This document shows positions 10,876 to 19,757 of a stretch of 46,475 nucleotides of DNA, piece by piece (positions within the stretch are counted from its first letter, which is position 1; each line of letters starts with the position of its first letter). The DNA is from a bacterium. GTDB lineage: Bacteria; Bdellovibrionota_B; Oligoflexia; Oligoflexales; RGVZ01. Below the pieces are notes generated by a model. The model was not told the origin of the DNA, made no database searches, and worked only from the letters and a program-made list of their open reading frames with translations. Where the stretch lies: positions 1 to 46,475 of the forward strand of contig JBAXLR010000003.1 in NCBI GenBank assembly GCA_037134655.1. The letters run 5' to 3'. The translations under genes were made by a program, and so were the position numbers.

Positions 10876-11289
10876 CTAGTCATCAGAAATACGCCTAAGA
10901 TGAATCTCAAACCTTCCGCGTATTTCATCTGGCGAAATGACTCCTTGTTTGAGGGCGTCACCACTCATACCCAAAACAACTGACCCGGCACCGCCAGCTC
11001 CAAACCCCGACTTCGATGAATTTGTAACGATAGCTAAAAGATCTTCATCAGATCTCGCAAAGCAGATGGTCTCGATCGATACGCCCAGCTCTTTAGCAAC
11101 AAGATACAGTTGCTCGATCTTGCGAGGCTGCACGCCAGACATCCAGTCACTCAAAACTTGTTTGGCCACACCTGTCTTGCGAGACAACTGGGACGCGGTC
11201 ATGCCGCGCTCTTTAAGGAGGGCCACAAGATTATGTCTAAGCCTAAAAGTCACATCCGAGGACAACGGGAGGAGCTCCTTTAGAACCAT
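10876..11289 (-). CDS. XRE-family helix-turn-helix regulator (paralog of 15021..15353)
   Basis: HTH core MTASQLSRKTGVAKQVLSDWMSGVQPRKIEQLYLVAKELGVS. Start chosen at ATG 11289 (MVLKELL...); the track ORF runs to 11361. Shares the C-terminal RGRFEIHLRRI motif with its paralog. Confidence 0.75.
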   Translation of the reverse strand: MVLKELLPLSSDVTFRLRHNLVALLKERGMTASQLSRKTGVAKQVLSDWMSGVQPRKIEQLYLVAKELGVSIETICFARSDEDLLAIVTNSSKSGFGAGGAGSVVLGMSGDALKQGVISPDEIRGRFEIHLRRISDD

Positions 11290-11507
11290 GGGGAGGCGTG
11301 GGAGATCTGAAACACACAAGAAAAAAAGCAGCGCTCTGAAAAGACTGCGCTTAAATTGCATTCTTGATAACCCAAGTCCGGCCTGCGCATCATAAAATCC
11401 GATGTTCCGGACGGCAAAAGACTTTTCTACAAAAATGGATGCCGCGGCTCCAGGCTCCAGGCTCCTAACTCCGACGTTCGGAGGGGGGGAGGGTTAGGAT
11501 TAAATTA

Positions 11508-11532
11508 TTAACCCAAAAATTAATTGGGTTAA
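11508..11532. promoter_or_regulatory. candidate operator: inverted repeat TTAACCCAA-N7-TTGGGTTAA
   Basis: Perfect 9-bp arms in the divergent intergenic region between the XRE gene (start 11289) and the 1073-aa surface protein gene (start 11665). Confidence 0.35.
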
Positions 11533-11664
11533 AATAATTGTCCTATCTACCTGGTATTACAGGCTTTCCCAGAAAGCCCGAGGAATCTATTAAATATCAG
11601 CATCTTACCACCTCAAGTAGCTAGCTCATTCTACCGAGCCCTTACTTTAGAGGTAAAAGTATCA

Positions 11665-14600
11665 ATGAAGATCTATGACTCGCCAAAACTTCAGTACCTA
11701 GCTCTCTCAAGAGAATGGTCAGTAAGACTTTTCTGCGTTGTCAGTGTTTTTATGTTTACCGCATGCGGCAAGACAACAAACCGTGTTGAGGCTACTCTGG
11801 CAGGGGGCAATGTTGAAGTCGTCGTAGAAAAACTTTATCCCATCGAGGCCAAGCCTTCGGAAATTATCAATATCGAGGGAAAGGGCTTTTATGCCTATCA
11901 AGATCTCAAAGCAAGATTGACGTTGGCAGACGGGATTACCAAGGATGTACCTCTAACGATTGCTGACCAGCGTCATGCATCTTTTGTCATGCCAGTTGGC
12001 GCAGGTCTTGGTCTAAAATCAGTTTCCATTATCCAAGGCGAATCTAAAGATCTTGTTTCATTTCGGATCGTAGCGAATACAGATGATAACCCGCTGCCTA
12101 TTCTAATTGATGACCAAGCGGAAATTTGCAGTACAAAAGTCTATATTGACCGCAATGGAGATCAGAAAACTGGTACGAAAGATTGCGCGACTGGCACGGT
12201 CCCTGATTGCACAGAAAGCGGAAAATCTGGATGTAGAACTACGCCTCAGCTTGTATCTGCCGAGGCCTCACTTTTAGTTGCCGATAATATCAAATCAGGT
12301 GTCACCATCGCAGGAATATCGGGAGTATTAACGGCCCCGCCAAGTGATTGCTCCAGTAACGGTCAGCAGTCTTGTGTCGCTACAGGTGCTTTCTTTGCCG
12401 GAACAGCTTGCTCAGCTGGTGGGTCCAAATGTTTCTTGCCGGAGTATTCTGTATTGAGCCAGCCGCTCAAGGCCATCAGCTACAACAGCATCGATCAGTC
12501 AAAAATGCTTGATTCCCTCACCCTCGCTGGAATTACTGGAGCCATCACATCAAAAGGTAATTGGAATTTGACGTTAGCGTTCCCAGGAGCAGGCTACTAC
12601 ACCGGCACCAGTAATGCTCCGACAGCCGCGACGATTGCAAGCGGCACGACCATCACTGGCATCGCTGGATCGGGGACTCTGGAGTCTCACTCGAACTGTT
12701 CATCTGACGGCGCTACAGGCTGCGTGGCAGTTGCCACATATCCTGCAGCTCTGGCAACTGGTGCAGCATCAAAGGTTCTCTCTGGTCAAACCCTCGCCGG
12801 TGTCACAGGTAACGTCACACTACCTGCTGCAGGAAAAGTCCTCACCGGTATTACCTACGGAGTCTCAGGAACTGGGAGCTCGGGGACTCTGACCTTACCA
12901 TCAGCTTCCAATGTTCTGTCTGGAAGTGGCACCTATGGTGATCCTGGTGCTGCCGTGACGCCGTCTCTCGCCAATAAAGGATCTTGGGATCTGACGGCTA
13001 CGTTCCCTGGGGCAGGCTACTATTCCGGTGTGAGTTCTACACCTGCGGCAAGTTCTTACACGGGCACACTATTTGGAACAGCGGGAACTGGAACATTGGA
13101 ATCTCATTCCAACTGCGCCACTGCTGGTGCTCAAGGATGCGTGGCCACAGGCACGTACTTTGCCGGTACCGTTTGCGGAACAGATGGATCAAATTGCTTC
13201 CTGCCAGCCTATTCCGTACCAGGTCTTCAAACCAAAAAAGCCATCGACTTCGCAGCTATTGATAGCAGTAAAATGCTTGATTCCCTCACCCTCGCTGGAA
13301 TTACTGGAGCCATCACATCAAAAGGTAATTGGAATTTGACGTTAGCGTTCCCAGGAGCAGGCTACTACACCGGCACCAGTAATGCTCCGACAGCCGCGAC
13401 GATTGCAAGCGGCACGACCATCACTGGCATCGCTGGATCGGGGACTCTGGAGTCTCACTCGAACTGTTCATCTGACGGCGCTACAGGCTGCGTGGCAGTT
13501 GCCACATATCCTGCAGCTCTGGCAACTGGTGCAGCATCAAAGGTTCTCTCTGGTCAAACCCTCGCCGGTGTCACAGGTAACGTCACACTACCTGCTGCAG
13601 GAAAAGTCCTCACCGGTATTACCTACGGAGTCTCAGGAACTGGGAGCTCGGGGACTCTGACCTTACCATCAGCTTCCAATGTTCTGTCTGGAAGTGGCAC
13701 CTATGGTGATCCTGGTGCTGCCGTGACGCCGTCTCTCGCCAATAAAGGATCTTGGGATCTGACGGCTACGTTCCCTGGGGCAGGCTACTATTCCGGTGTG
13801 AGTTCTACACCTGCGGCAAGTTCTTACACGGGCACACTGTTTGGAACAGCAGGAACGGGCACCTTAGAGTCTCACTCAAATTGCTCCAGTAACGGACAGC
13901 AGTCTTGTGTGGCCTCAGGTACTTACTTTGCCGGTACCGTTTGCGGAACGGATGGATCGGCGTGTTATCTACCGACCTATGCGTCAGGCACGCAAAACAA
14001 AAAAGCCATTGATTTTAGTTCAATCGATTCAAGTAAAATGCTGAGCACATTAACGGTCTCCGGTGTCACAGGATCAATTGCAGCGCAGTCATGGAATCTT
14101 CAAACTTCGTTCCCTGGATCTGGTTACTACTCAAGCGTTACGAATACTCCCGCCACTAGCAGCTACACAGGGACGTTGTTTGGGAGCCCCGGTACGGCAA
14201 CTATTGAGTCTCACTCTAACTGTACTTCTGACGGAGTCACAGGTTGTGTGACGACAGCCAGTTACAAGTCGGCAAATATGACGAATGCAGTTGCCACCAA
14301 TATCAAGTCTGGCGTCACGATTGCCGGTATCGCTGGAAACTACACGGGCGGCGGAGGTTCGCCCGCCTGTGGATTTGGTGGTAACGCCAGCACAAGCTGT
14401 ACACTTAGTCAGTTTAATTTGAGCACCTACCCATTGTACGCAACCTTTAGTGGTGGCGGTGATCCAGTAGTTTACGGAACAACGTTAAACCTCGCGGTGA
14501 ATGGTAGCAGCACTGTTACTTACAATGACGTCATCAACTATGCATTCAAGGCGAATGAAACACGCTGGTTCAAGATACCATTCACCGGGTGCTCCCAAGT

Positions 14601-14886
14601 TGAGGACAACCTTAACTTTTCGGCCACGAGTGCGTTTACCGCGAAGGTTTACGACAGAGATTTGATCTATAATACGGGCACCATGTGGAGTGCCTCCGCG
14701 AAAGGAAGCTACCCATATCAATCCGCCAGCGGTGTATATTATTCAGATTTAACGCGTCCATATTTAAATGGCTCGACATGCGACTCGGTGAGCTACGGTG
14801 GCGGGACTTCATACCAATATATCTTAATTACAAATGGCGGCAGCGCTCAGACCATCAGGGTAAACTTTGAATCCGTGGGTTATTAA
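11665..14886 (+). CDS. large repetitive surface lipoprotein (1073 aa)
   Basis: Signal plus lipobox (VVSVFMFTACGKT). The body is built of Gly/Thr/Ser-rich modules with recurring TLESHSNC..G..GCVA and FPGAGYY(T/S)G motifs. Two 256-aa units are in tandem. Confidence 0.8.
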   Translation: MKIYDSPKLQYLALSREWSVRLFCVVSVFMFTACGKTTNRVEATLAGGNVEVVVEKLYPIEAKPSEIINIEGKGFYAYQDLKARLTLADGITKDVPLTIADQRHASFVMPVGAGLGLKSVSIIQGESKDLVSFRIVANTDDNPLPILIDDQAEICSTKVYIDRNGDQKTGTKDCATGTVPDCTESGKSGCRTTPQLVSAEASLLVADNIKSGVTIAGISGVLTAPPSDCSSNGQQSCVATGAFFAGTACSAGGSKCFLPEYSVLSQPLKAISYNSIDQSKMLDSLTLAGITGAITSKGNWNLTLAFPGAGYYTGTSNAPTAATIASGTTITGIAGSGTLESHSNCSSDGATGCVAVATYPAALATGAASKVLSGQTLAGVTGNVTLPAAGKVLTGITYGVSGTGSSGTLTLPSASNVLSGSGTYGDPGAAVTPSLANKGSWDLTATFPGAGYYSGVSSTPAASSYTGTLFGTAGTGTLESHSNCATAGAQGCVATGTYFAGTVCGTDGSNCFLPAYSVPGLQTKKAIDFAAIDSSKMLDSLTLAGITGAITSKGNWNLTLAFPGAGYYTGTSNAPTAATIASGTTITGIAGSGTLESHSNCSSDGATGCVAVATYPAALATGAASKVLSGQTLAGVTGNVTLPAAGKVLTGITYGVSGTGSSGTLTLPSASNVLSGSGTYGDPGAAVTPSLANKGSWDLTATFPGAGYYSGVSSTPAASSYTGTLFGTAGTGTLESHSNCSSNGQQSCVASGTYFAGTVCGTDGSACYLPTYASGTQNKKAIDFSSIDSSKMLSTLTVSGVTGSIAAQSWNLQTSFPGSGYYSSVTNTPATSSYTGTLFGSPGTATIESHSNCTSDGVTGCVTTASYKSANMTNAVATNIKSGVTIAGIAGNYTGGGGSPACGFGGNASTSCTLSQFNLSTYPLYATFSGGGDPVVYGTTLNLAVNGSSTVTYNDVINYAFKANETRWFKIPFTGCSQVEDNLNFSATSAFTAKVYDRDLIYNTGTMWSASAKGSYPYQSASGVYYSDLTRPYLNGSTCDSVSYGGGTSYQYILITNGGSAQTIRVNFESVGY
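12502..14037 (+). repeat. tandem 768-bp duplication inside the surface-protein gene
   Basis: 12502-13070 and 13270-13838 (569 bp) read as identical base for base. Off-frame track ORFs 12614..12892 and 13382..13660 give identical peptides. The remaining 199 bp of each unit are diverged but homologous. Confidence 0.9.
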
Positions 14887-14908
14887 TTCCTTGTGTGCCG
14901 CTTTTCAA

Positions 14909-14932
14909 CGACGCAACTAGCGTCGCTTTTTT
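14909..14932 (+). terminator. intrinsic terminator candidate
   Basis: CGACGC-aacta-GCGTCG hairpin followed by CTTTTTT, 23 nt after the stop of the 1073-aa gene. Confidence 0.6.
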
Positions 14933-15020
14933 GACGTTGGAAGAAATCATCCACACATAAGAAGAGTCCGATTAAAACTGCAGACAATCCGCAAAGTCGG
15001 GCAAAAGTCCCCACTCCTCC

Positions 15021-15353
15021 TTAAAGACGTCTTAGATAAACCTCATATCGACCCCGAAGCTCCTGAAGACCAGAATCATCCGCTGGCTGTTCAAGACCAG
15101 CACCACCAGAGGATTTTCCATCAGATAAAAGATCACCCTCTGACTTGGCGAAGCAGAGACCATCCATGGAGACGCCGAGGGTCTGGGCTACCAAATAAAG
15201 CTGCTCCAGTTTTCGTGGCTGCACGCCGGCCATCCAGTCACTTAAGACTTGTTTAGCCACGCCTGTTTGCCGCGATAACTCCGCTGCCGTCATTCCGCGT
15301 GCCCTCAATACAGCAACCAAATTATGCCTTAATCTAAACTCTTGAACCGCCAT
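15021..15353 (-). CDS. XRE-family helix-turn-helix regulator (paralog of 10876..11289)
   Basis: FRLRHNLVAVLRARGMTAAELSRQTGVAKQVLSDWMAGVQPRKLEQLYLVAQTLGVS is nearly colinear with the other copy. C-terminal RGRYEVYLRRL. Confidence 0.8.
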   Translation of the reverse strand: MAVQEFRLRHNLVAVLRARGMTAAELSRQTGVAKQVLSDWMAGVQPRKLEQLYLVAQTLGVSMDGLCFAKSEGDLLSDGKSSGGAGLEQPADDSGLQELRGRYEVYLRRL

Positions 15354-15678
15354 AAGCCTTACCCCCCAAGGGTTTCATGACCCGATTGGAGGCCTTATCG
15401 CACAAGGCCGTGACATCTGGGGACGCAGGGTGAAAGCGTAATATGACACGTGATAGTGATCTGTCATCAGCCCATGCACTAGGTGAAGATACAAATCAGC
15501 CGCGTTCTTAGGAACTTAGGACCTAATTAAAGCGTCAGTCTCGGTCCGTTGGTTCGGATAAATGTCCACCCAGTCGGACTCCACTCAAGAGCATTTTCTA
15601 CCTTACCGAGTTTGCATTTGTCTAAAGCGCTCGTCATTCTGATGCAACGCAAAGGACACATTGACTGGGGAGGTCAGC

Positions 15679-16371
15679 ATGAGTGGTTGCGGTAGTTATG
15701 GAATTTTCTTGGCATCATCCGTTACATTTGGATTGCTCTCTTGTGGATCAAACAGTGGCGGCTTAAGCGGAGCACCAGCAGATAATGGCGCTGCCGGCGG
15801 AGGATCAGGTCAAACTCACTACACGATGTCTGTTAACGCTGAAGGTGACCTTCCAGCATGTTCATCGAGCAATAAAAAACAGCTCATCTACGTGACATCC
15901 AATCAGTCATTTAAATCTTGTGAGGAACGTGGTTGGACTACAATCGAAATTGGAGGACTAAGAGTTTTGAGTAATAGCCTACTCTCGCCTCATCAAGGAA
16001 ACCTTTGTACTTTTTACTCAACCTTCAATACTTGTCAATTCCGAGGTGGGCAGCTAGTAAAATATAGTGACGGATCAGTTCTGCTTACTGGCCTTTATAC
16101 TAACAAACTAGTCCATGAAGGTTCAATTTCGTCTGACCCAGAATACGACCAGTTCAACACTACTATCTCATTTCTGATCCCAGCATCGGCGGACTATGGA
16201 TATCAAATCTTGGATGAAAAAGTAGCGAGAGTTACGGGCGACTTCCGAAATCTTTTTCTTGTTTATGTTAAAAGCACAGACAAGGTTGGACTCGTTTTCG
16301 ATTCAAATGGTAATGAGCTACCTGATACGACAGACGAGGTAGTCGCTTACGTAGCCCGAACGAACTGGTGA
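15679..16371 (+). CDS. secreted lipoprotein (230 aa) with N-terminal Cys module
   Basis: ATG 15679 after GGGGAGG. Lipobox FGLLSCGSNSGG. GDLPACSSSNKKQLIYVTSNQSFKSCEERGWTTIEI resembles a module in the 23691..25154 protein. Confidence 0.7.
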   Translation: MSGCGSYGIFLASSVTFGLLSCGSNSGGLSGAPADNGAAGGGSGQTHYTMSVNAEGDLPACSSSNKKQLIYVTSNQSFKSCEERGWTTIEIGGLRVLSNSLLSPHQGNLCTFYSTFNTCQFRGGQLVKYSDGSVLLTGLYTNKLVHEGSISSDPEYDQFNTTISFLIPASADYGYQILDEKVARVTGDFRNLFLVYVKSTDKVGLVFDSNGNELPDTTDEVVAYVARTNW

Positions 16372-16585
16372 AAGAAATCCCACGAGCTTATTGGTTGTGA
16401 TTAAAAGAAAGGTAAAAATATCAGGGATAAGAATTAAATCCGCGATCTATTACTAACCTAGTATCCGCACTTTCGGACTTACACCACCTTTTCACGGACT
16501 TCACTTACCAAAACGCCAAATAGGTCAGATTATTCTGGCCCCCTGCGGCGCATTTATACGCCGCACTTTCAGAGGATGACCCAGC

Positions 16586-16921
16586 ATGCGTTTCACCATT
16601 CTCGTTTGTCTTGCTATGACAATGATTTCCTGCGGCAAAGACGATCGGTATAAGCTCAGAACCATGATCCGCGTCATCGGCGCCGATGGTATTGAATTTG
16701 ACGGAGCCCTGGGGACGCCAGGAAGCACCTCGTCCGTTACTGGCGTCACGCCAAAAGAATTCAAACTCCCAGCGACAGGCCCAATCTCGGCTGTGATCCA
16801 AAAATCTACTAAAGATGACTTACGGGAAATCATTGTTGAGTGCTGGTACAACACGTCTAGTGTCACCGAAACCGCAAAAACTAGTGTCGAATATGGAGTA
16901 GCATCTGTCAACTGCTCCTAG
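16586..16921 (+). CDS. small lipoprotein (111 aa)
   Basis: MRFTILVCLAMTMISCGKDD carries a signal and lipobox. Preferred over the overlapping minus-strand ORFs, which lack any such feature. Confidence 0.55.
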   Translation: MRFTILVCLAMTMISCGKDDRYKLRTMIRVIGADGIEFDGALGTPGSTSSVTGVTPKEFKLPATGPISAVIQKSTKDDLREIIVECWYNTSSVTETAKTSVEYGVASVNCS

Positions 16922-17308
16922 CAAATCCCTCAACGTTAGAGTCTGATAGCTCACGACCGAAAGTTCTTGATCCACCAGACTATTAATATGACGTGAACAA
17001 TCTGGGCTACTGGCCAAACTGCTAAAATCACCCAAAAGACTGGATCATTCATTGCTTCAAACATACTGCCCCCCCCTGACTGCCTACTAGGACTTATCGC
17101 CAGAGCCTGTGACATCCAAGGACAGGAGCCCGCGAAGGCCTACTGTAGCTAACGATCTAGAATCAATAGGATATAAATGACCGTCTTTGGCCTAGATTTC
17201 ACTTGTCACTTCATTTGATTTATAATTTAGGATCGACAATTCAGGCTGTCAAAAGACTGACAGGATTTACAGGTGCATGAAACATTTTCGACAACAAGGA
17301 CGTTATAT

Positions 17309-17953
17309 ATGAAGATCAAGATTTTCCTCACAACCGTCTCTTTGGCCATAGCCGCTATCACCGCCATTACAGGCTGCTCAAAAGACGAAAAAGATGACAA
17401 ACAAAAAGGCCTTGCCTCATTTAAAGTCCAACTTAAAAACTCTGCCTCCTCGCTCACAGCCAACGCAACGAGCCTCACAGCAAAACTTGGTGGCGTCGAC
17501 CTGATCGCCGACTGTGCGGGGGACCAGCCTCCAGGAAATTGCCTCGAGATAGGACGAAGTCCTGATCCTGACATCTGGATTAATGCAGGCTGCAATAACG
17601 ATATTGCCCAATGCACCACTTCAAACACTGAGTTTTTTGAGCTCATTGACCCAACGGCCGCCAACACAGTATTGAATTCTCAAGGGCGCTCCATTGAAGC
17701 CGGCGTCTTCACCAAGGTACGAATTTACATGCTCAATAACGATGCAGGTAACGCCCTGCAGTGCGATGGGGCTGCCTCCTCTGTCAGACCTGTTATGCCT
17801 ATTACTGTTACTTTGCCATCTGCGGTAACAGTTGCTGAGGGAGAGAGTGTCACTGTCACAATTAATTACGACCCATCGTCTGTTGATTGCGCCGATGGCA
17901 CGACGATCTCCTCGGCACTAGGGGCGATGACTGCCACGGTGACAAAGAATTAG
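17309..17953 (+). CDS. lipoprotein (214 aa)
   Basis: Internal ATG 17309 gives MKIKIFLTTVSLAIAAITAITGCSKDE (lipobox). The track ORF begins at 17273. Confidence 0.7.
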   Translation: MKIKIFLTTVSLAIAAITAITGCSKDEKDDKQKGLASFKVQLKNSASSLTANATSLTAKLGGVDLIADCAGDQPPGNCLEIGRSPDPDIWINAGCNNDIAQCTTSNTEFFELIDPTAANTVLNSQGRSIEAGVFTKVRIYMLNNDAGNALQCDGAASSVRPVMPITVTLPSAVTVAEGESVTVTINYDPSSVDCADGTTISSALGAMTATVTKN

Positions 17954-17984
17954 TTTCATCTATAGTTGATTCGGGAGATTCAGC

Positions 17985-18572
17985 ATGTCATCTGGCATGG
18001 CGTTTGATCGCAACACAGTAATCGATGAGCGTACGCTCTCGTTACTGGCGTGGCTTCCGACCCGGAGCTTTCAAAAGCTCACCGCACCTGACTTTTGGCC
18101 AAGACTTTCAGATGCTGACATGATGAGAATTGCCGTACTGCTAGCCCAAAAAAGCTACGATGAAGGCGGCTGCCCTATTGGCGCTGTGGTGATGGAGAAT
18201 TCGTCTAAAAAGATCCTGGGTAAGGGTCACAACACACTCATTCAGGAAAACCATCCCTACAACCACGGCGAAACCTCTGCTATGCGAGACGCAGGCTCCA
18301 TTGATTTCAGCGCCACCACCGTCTTTACGACACTAACTCCATGTAAGGTCTGCGCGACGCTCCTCGCAGAACGTGGCGTAGCACGAGTGGTCATCGGCAA
18401 TACCCCTGACAAAAATAACAACGAGGGGTATCTCCGTGACAGCGGAGTGAAAGTGGTAAATCTCAATGACCCAGTGGGAGTTACCCTCTATTCCCGCTAC
18501 TGCAAAGAAAAACCTGACCAGAATCTGATCGACTGGAAAGGTGTGGCGGCTCTTCGACGGCAAACTAAGTAA
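17985..18572 (+). CDS. CMP/dCMP-type zinc deaminase, FCY1-like cytosine deaminase
   Basis: HxE motif (NHGETSAMRDAG) and PCxxC motif (TLTPCKVCATLL). From residue ~45 it is colinear with yeast Fcy1 as I recall it (EGGCPIGAVV..GKGHN...; ...RYCKEKPDQNLIDWKG vs ...FIDERPQDWFEDIG). Confidence 0.8.
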   Translation: MSSGMAFDRNTVIDERTLSLLAWLPTRSFQKLTAPDFWPRLSDADMMRIAVLLAQKSYDEGGCPIGAVVMENSSKKILGKGHNTLIQENHPYNHGETSAMRDAGSIDFSATTVFTTLTPCKVCATLLAERGVARVVIGNTPDKNNNEGYLRDSGVKVVNLNDPVGVTLYSRYCKEKPDQNLIDWKGVAALRRQTK

Positions 18573-18616
18573 GACAAAACTAAGTAAGACAAAACTTAGC
18601 AAGTCTTACCGCAAAT

Positions 18617-18664
18617 CTGTCCACTCCGACGTCGGAGTGGGGGCTTTATGGCGCACATGTCTGC
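18617..18664 (-). repeat. palindromic repeat family member
   Basis: Perfect palindrome ACTCCGACGTCGGAGT at 18623-18638, followed by GGGG...GCGCACATGTCTGC. Lies between the convergent deaminase and higA genes. Confidence 0.7.
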
Positions 18665-18673
18665 ATCGATTGC

Positions 18674-18946
18674 CTAGGCGGCTTTTCTTCTTTTTTGGCG
18701 GGCGACCCACAGGTCATAGCTGGCTTGCATGTTGATCCACATCTCAGCACTGGTACCGAGGGTGCGTTCTAGATCGATGGCAAAATCTGCGGAGATTCCA
18801 CGCTTGCCGTTAACGATCTCGTTAATTTTGCGGTGCGCACAACCGATTTTAGCGGCCAGTGTAGACTGGTTTAGATCCATTTCCTTCATATAGACCTCGG
18901 CCAGAACTTGACCAGGGTGCATGGGCTTTTGATTTTTTACGGGCAT
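18674..18946 (-). CDS. higA: HigA-family antitoxin (XRE HTH)
   Basis: HPGQVLAEVYMKEMDLNQSTLAAKIGCAHRKINEIVNGKRGISADFAIDLERTLGTSAEMWINMQASYDL is the typical HigA/VapI signature. It follows the higB gene. Confidence 0.85.
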   Translation of the reverse strand: MPVKNQKPMHPGQVLAEVYMKEMDLNQSTLAAKIGCAHRKINEIVNGKRGISADFAIDLERTLGTSAEMWINMQASYDLWVARQKRRKAA

Positions 18947-18958
18947 AGTGTCGTCGCC

Positions 18959-19255
18959 TCAGTGATAGTCTTCAATTCGAACATCCCAAAACTCGCCAGT
19001 ATTAAATACAAACGTAATCCGCCACGGCGAGTCATTTACTACCGAGAGGCTCCATTGATCAGCTCGCCGGCCATGAAGCTTATGAAGGCGAATATTAGGT
19101 GGCTGTCCACGAAGTCTCAGATCCTCCAGCCGACTGGTAGCATGCATGATTGTTAGCAGTGCCTTTGCTCTGATCCATAGTGGCCTCGGCAGACCTTTTG
19201 AATGACCTTGCTCCCAAATATCAAGAGCTATGCGGTTGCCAAAAGACCTGATCAA
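18959..19255 (-). CDS. higB: HigB-family toxin (RelE/ParE superfamily, plasmid-maintenance killer type)
   Basis: MIRSFGNRIALDIWEQG...LRLRGQPPNIRLHKLHGRRADQWSLSVVNDSPWRITFVF...DVRIEDYH; toxin-first operon order with higA. Confidence 0.85.
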   Translation of the reverse strand: MIRSFGNRIALDIWEQGHSKGLPRPLWIRAKALLTIMHATSRLEDLRLRGQPPNIRLHKLHGRRADQWSLSVVNDSPWRITFVFNTGEFWDVRIEDYH

Positions 19256-19277
19256 TCAATGCTCCCTACCAGAAGCT

Positions 19278-19312
19278 ATTACACTGTTACACATACTGTA
19301 ATAGTTGTCAAT
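19278..19312 (-). promoter_or_regulatory. candidate higBA promoter/operator
   Basis: On the minus strand, TTGACA (19312-19307) is followed by the imperfect palindrome ATTACAGTATGTGTAACAGTGTAAT (19302-19278), 23 nt upstream of the higB start. Confidence 0.4.
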
Positions 19313-19416
19313 TCTTGAATTTGAGATGAGTACATCACCTGAAATATCTAAGCCAATATCTTGGGGCTTAGGTCCTGACCCGTCAGCATCATCTCAGATA
19401 ACCCAATATATTACCA

Positions 19417-19452
19417 ACTCCGACGTCGGAGTCGGTGTTTCGCGGCAGACAT
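19417..19452 (+). repeat. palindromic repeat family member
   Basis: ACTCCGACGTCGGAGT (19417-19432) plus the TTTCGCGGCAGAC arm (19438-19450). Lies between higB and the BrnA-like gene. Confidence 0.7.
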
Positions 19453-19463
19453 GGAGTGTTATT

Positions 19464-19757
19464 TTAAGCTTTACGTTTTCTGCGTTCTTCTTCCAGCTTT
19501 TGGATCAGCCATATTTTAATTAAAGGCTGCCGGGAGACTCCGGCGCGGGCGGCTTCTTTGTCGAGTTCGTTAAGAAGCCATTCTGGCAGATCAAGATTGA
19601 CCTTTCGAATCTGGGGCTCTTTGACTATGCCACTGGTGATAAACAATTCGCCTAGGTCAGAACGATCAAGATGCTGGTCCATGGATTTGGTCGACTTAAA
19701 GGTCTTCATGGCTGCCTTTACTTTGGATTTTTTGGAAATAGGCTTTTGCCTCACCAT
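19464..19757 (-). CDS. ribbon-helix-helix / BrnA-like antitoxin (97 aa)
   Basis: C-terminal KVNLDLPEWLLNELDKEAARAGVSRQPLIKIWLIQKL fits CopG/BrnA-type antitoxins. Sits directly downstream of a BrnT remnant. Confidence 0.6.
   Translation of the reverse strand: MVRQKPISKKSKVKAAMKTFKSTKSMDQHLDRSDLGELFITSGIVKEPQIRKVNLDLPEWLLNELDKEAARAGVSRQPLIKIWLIQKLEEERRKRKA

Noticed and set aside
12614-13660. Identical 92-aa ORFs at 12614..12892 and 13382..13660, plus other internal ORFs at 12984-13339
   Set aside because: They are off-frame readings inside the 1073-aa repeat protein gene. Their identity simply reflects the 569-bp DNA duplication.
16505-16911. Minus-strand ORFs 16505..16801 and 16525..16911
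   Set aside because: They overlap the + strand 111-aa ORF, which has a clean signal peptide and lipobox. The minus peptides are low-complexity with no start context. The call remains uncertain.
18564-18609. 15-nt tandem repeat ACTAAGTAAGACAAA x2 (plus a degenerate third) overlapping the deaminase stop, with a GTAAGAC/GTCTTAC inverted repeat
   Set aside because: Too short and isolated to interpret. It could be a weak terminator or slippage product. Not reported as a feature.
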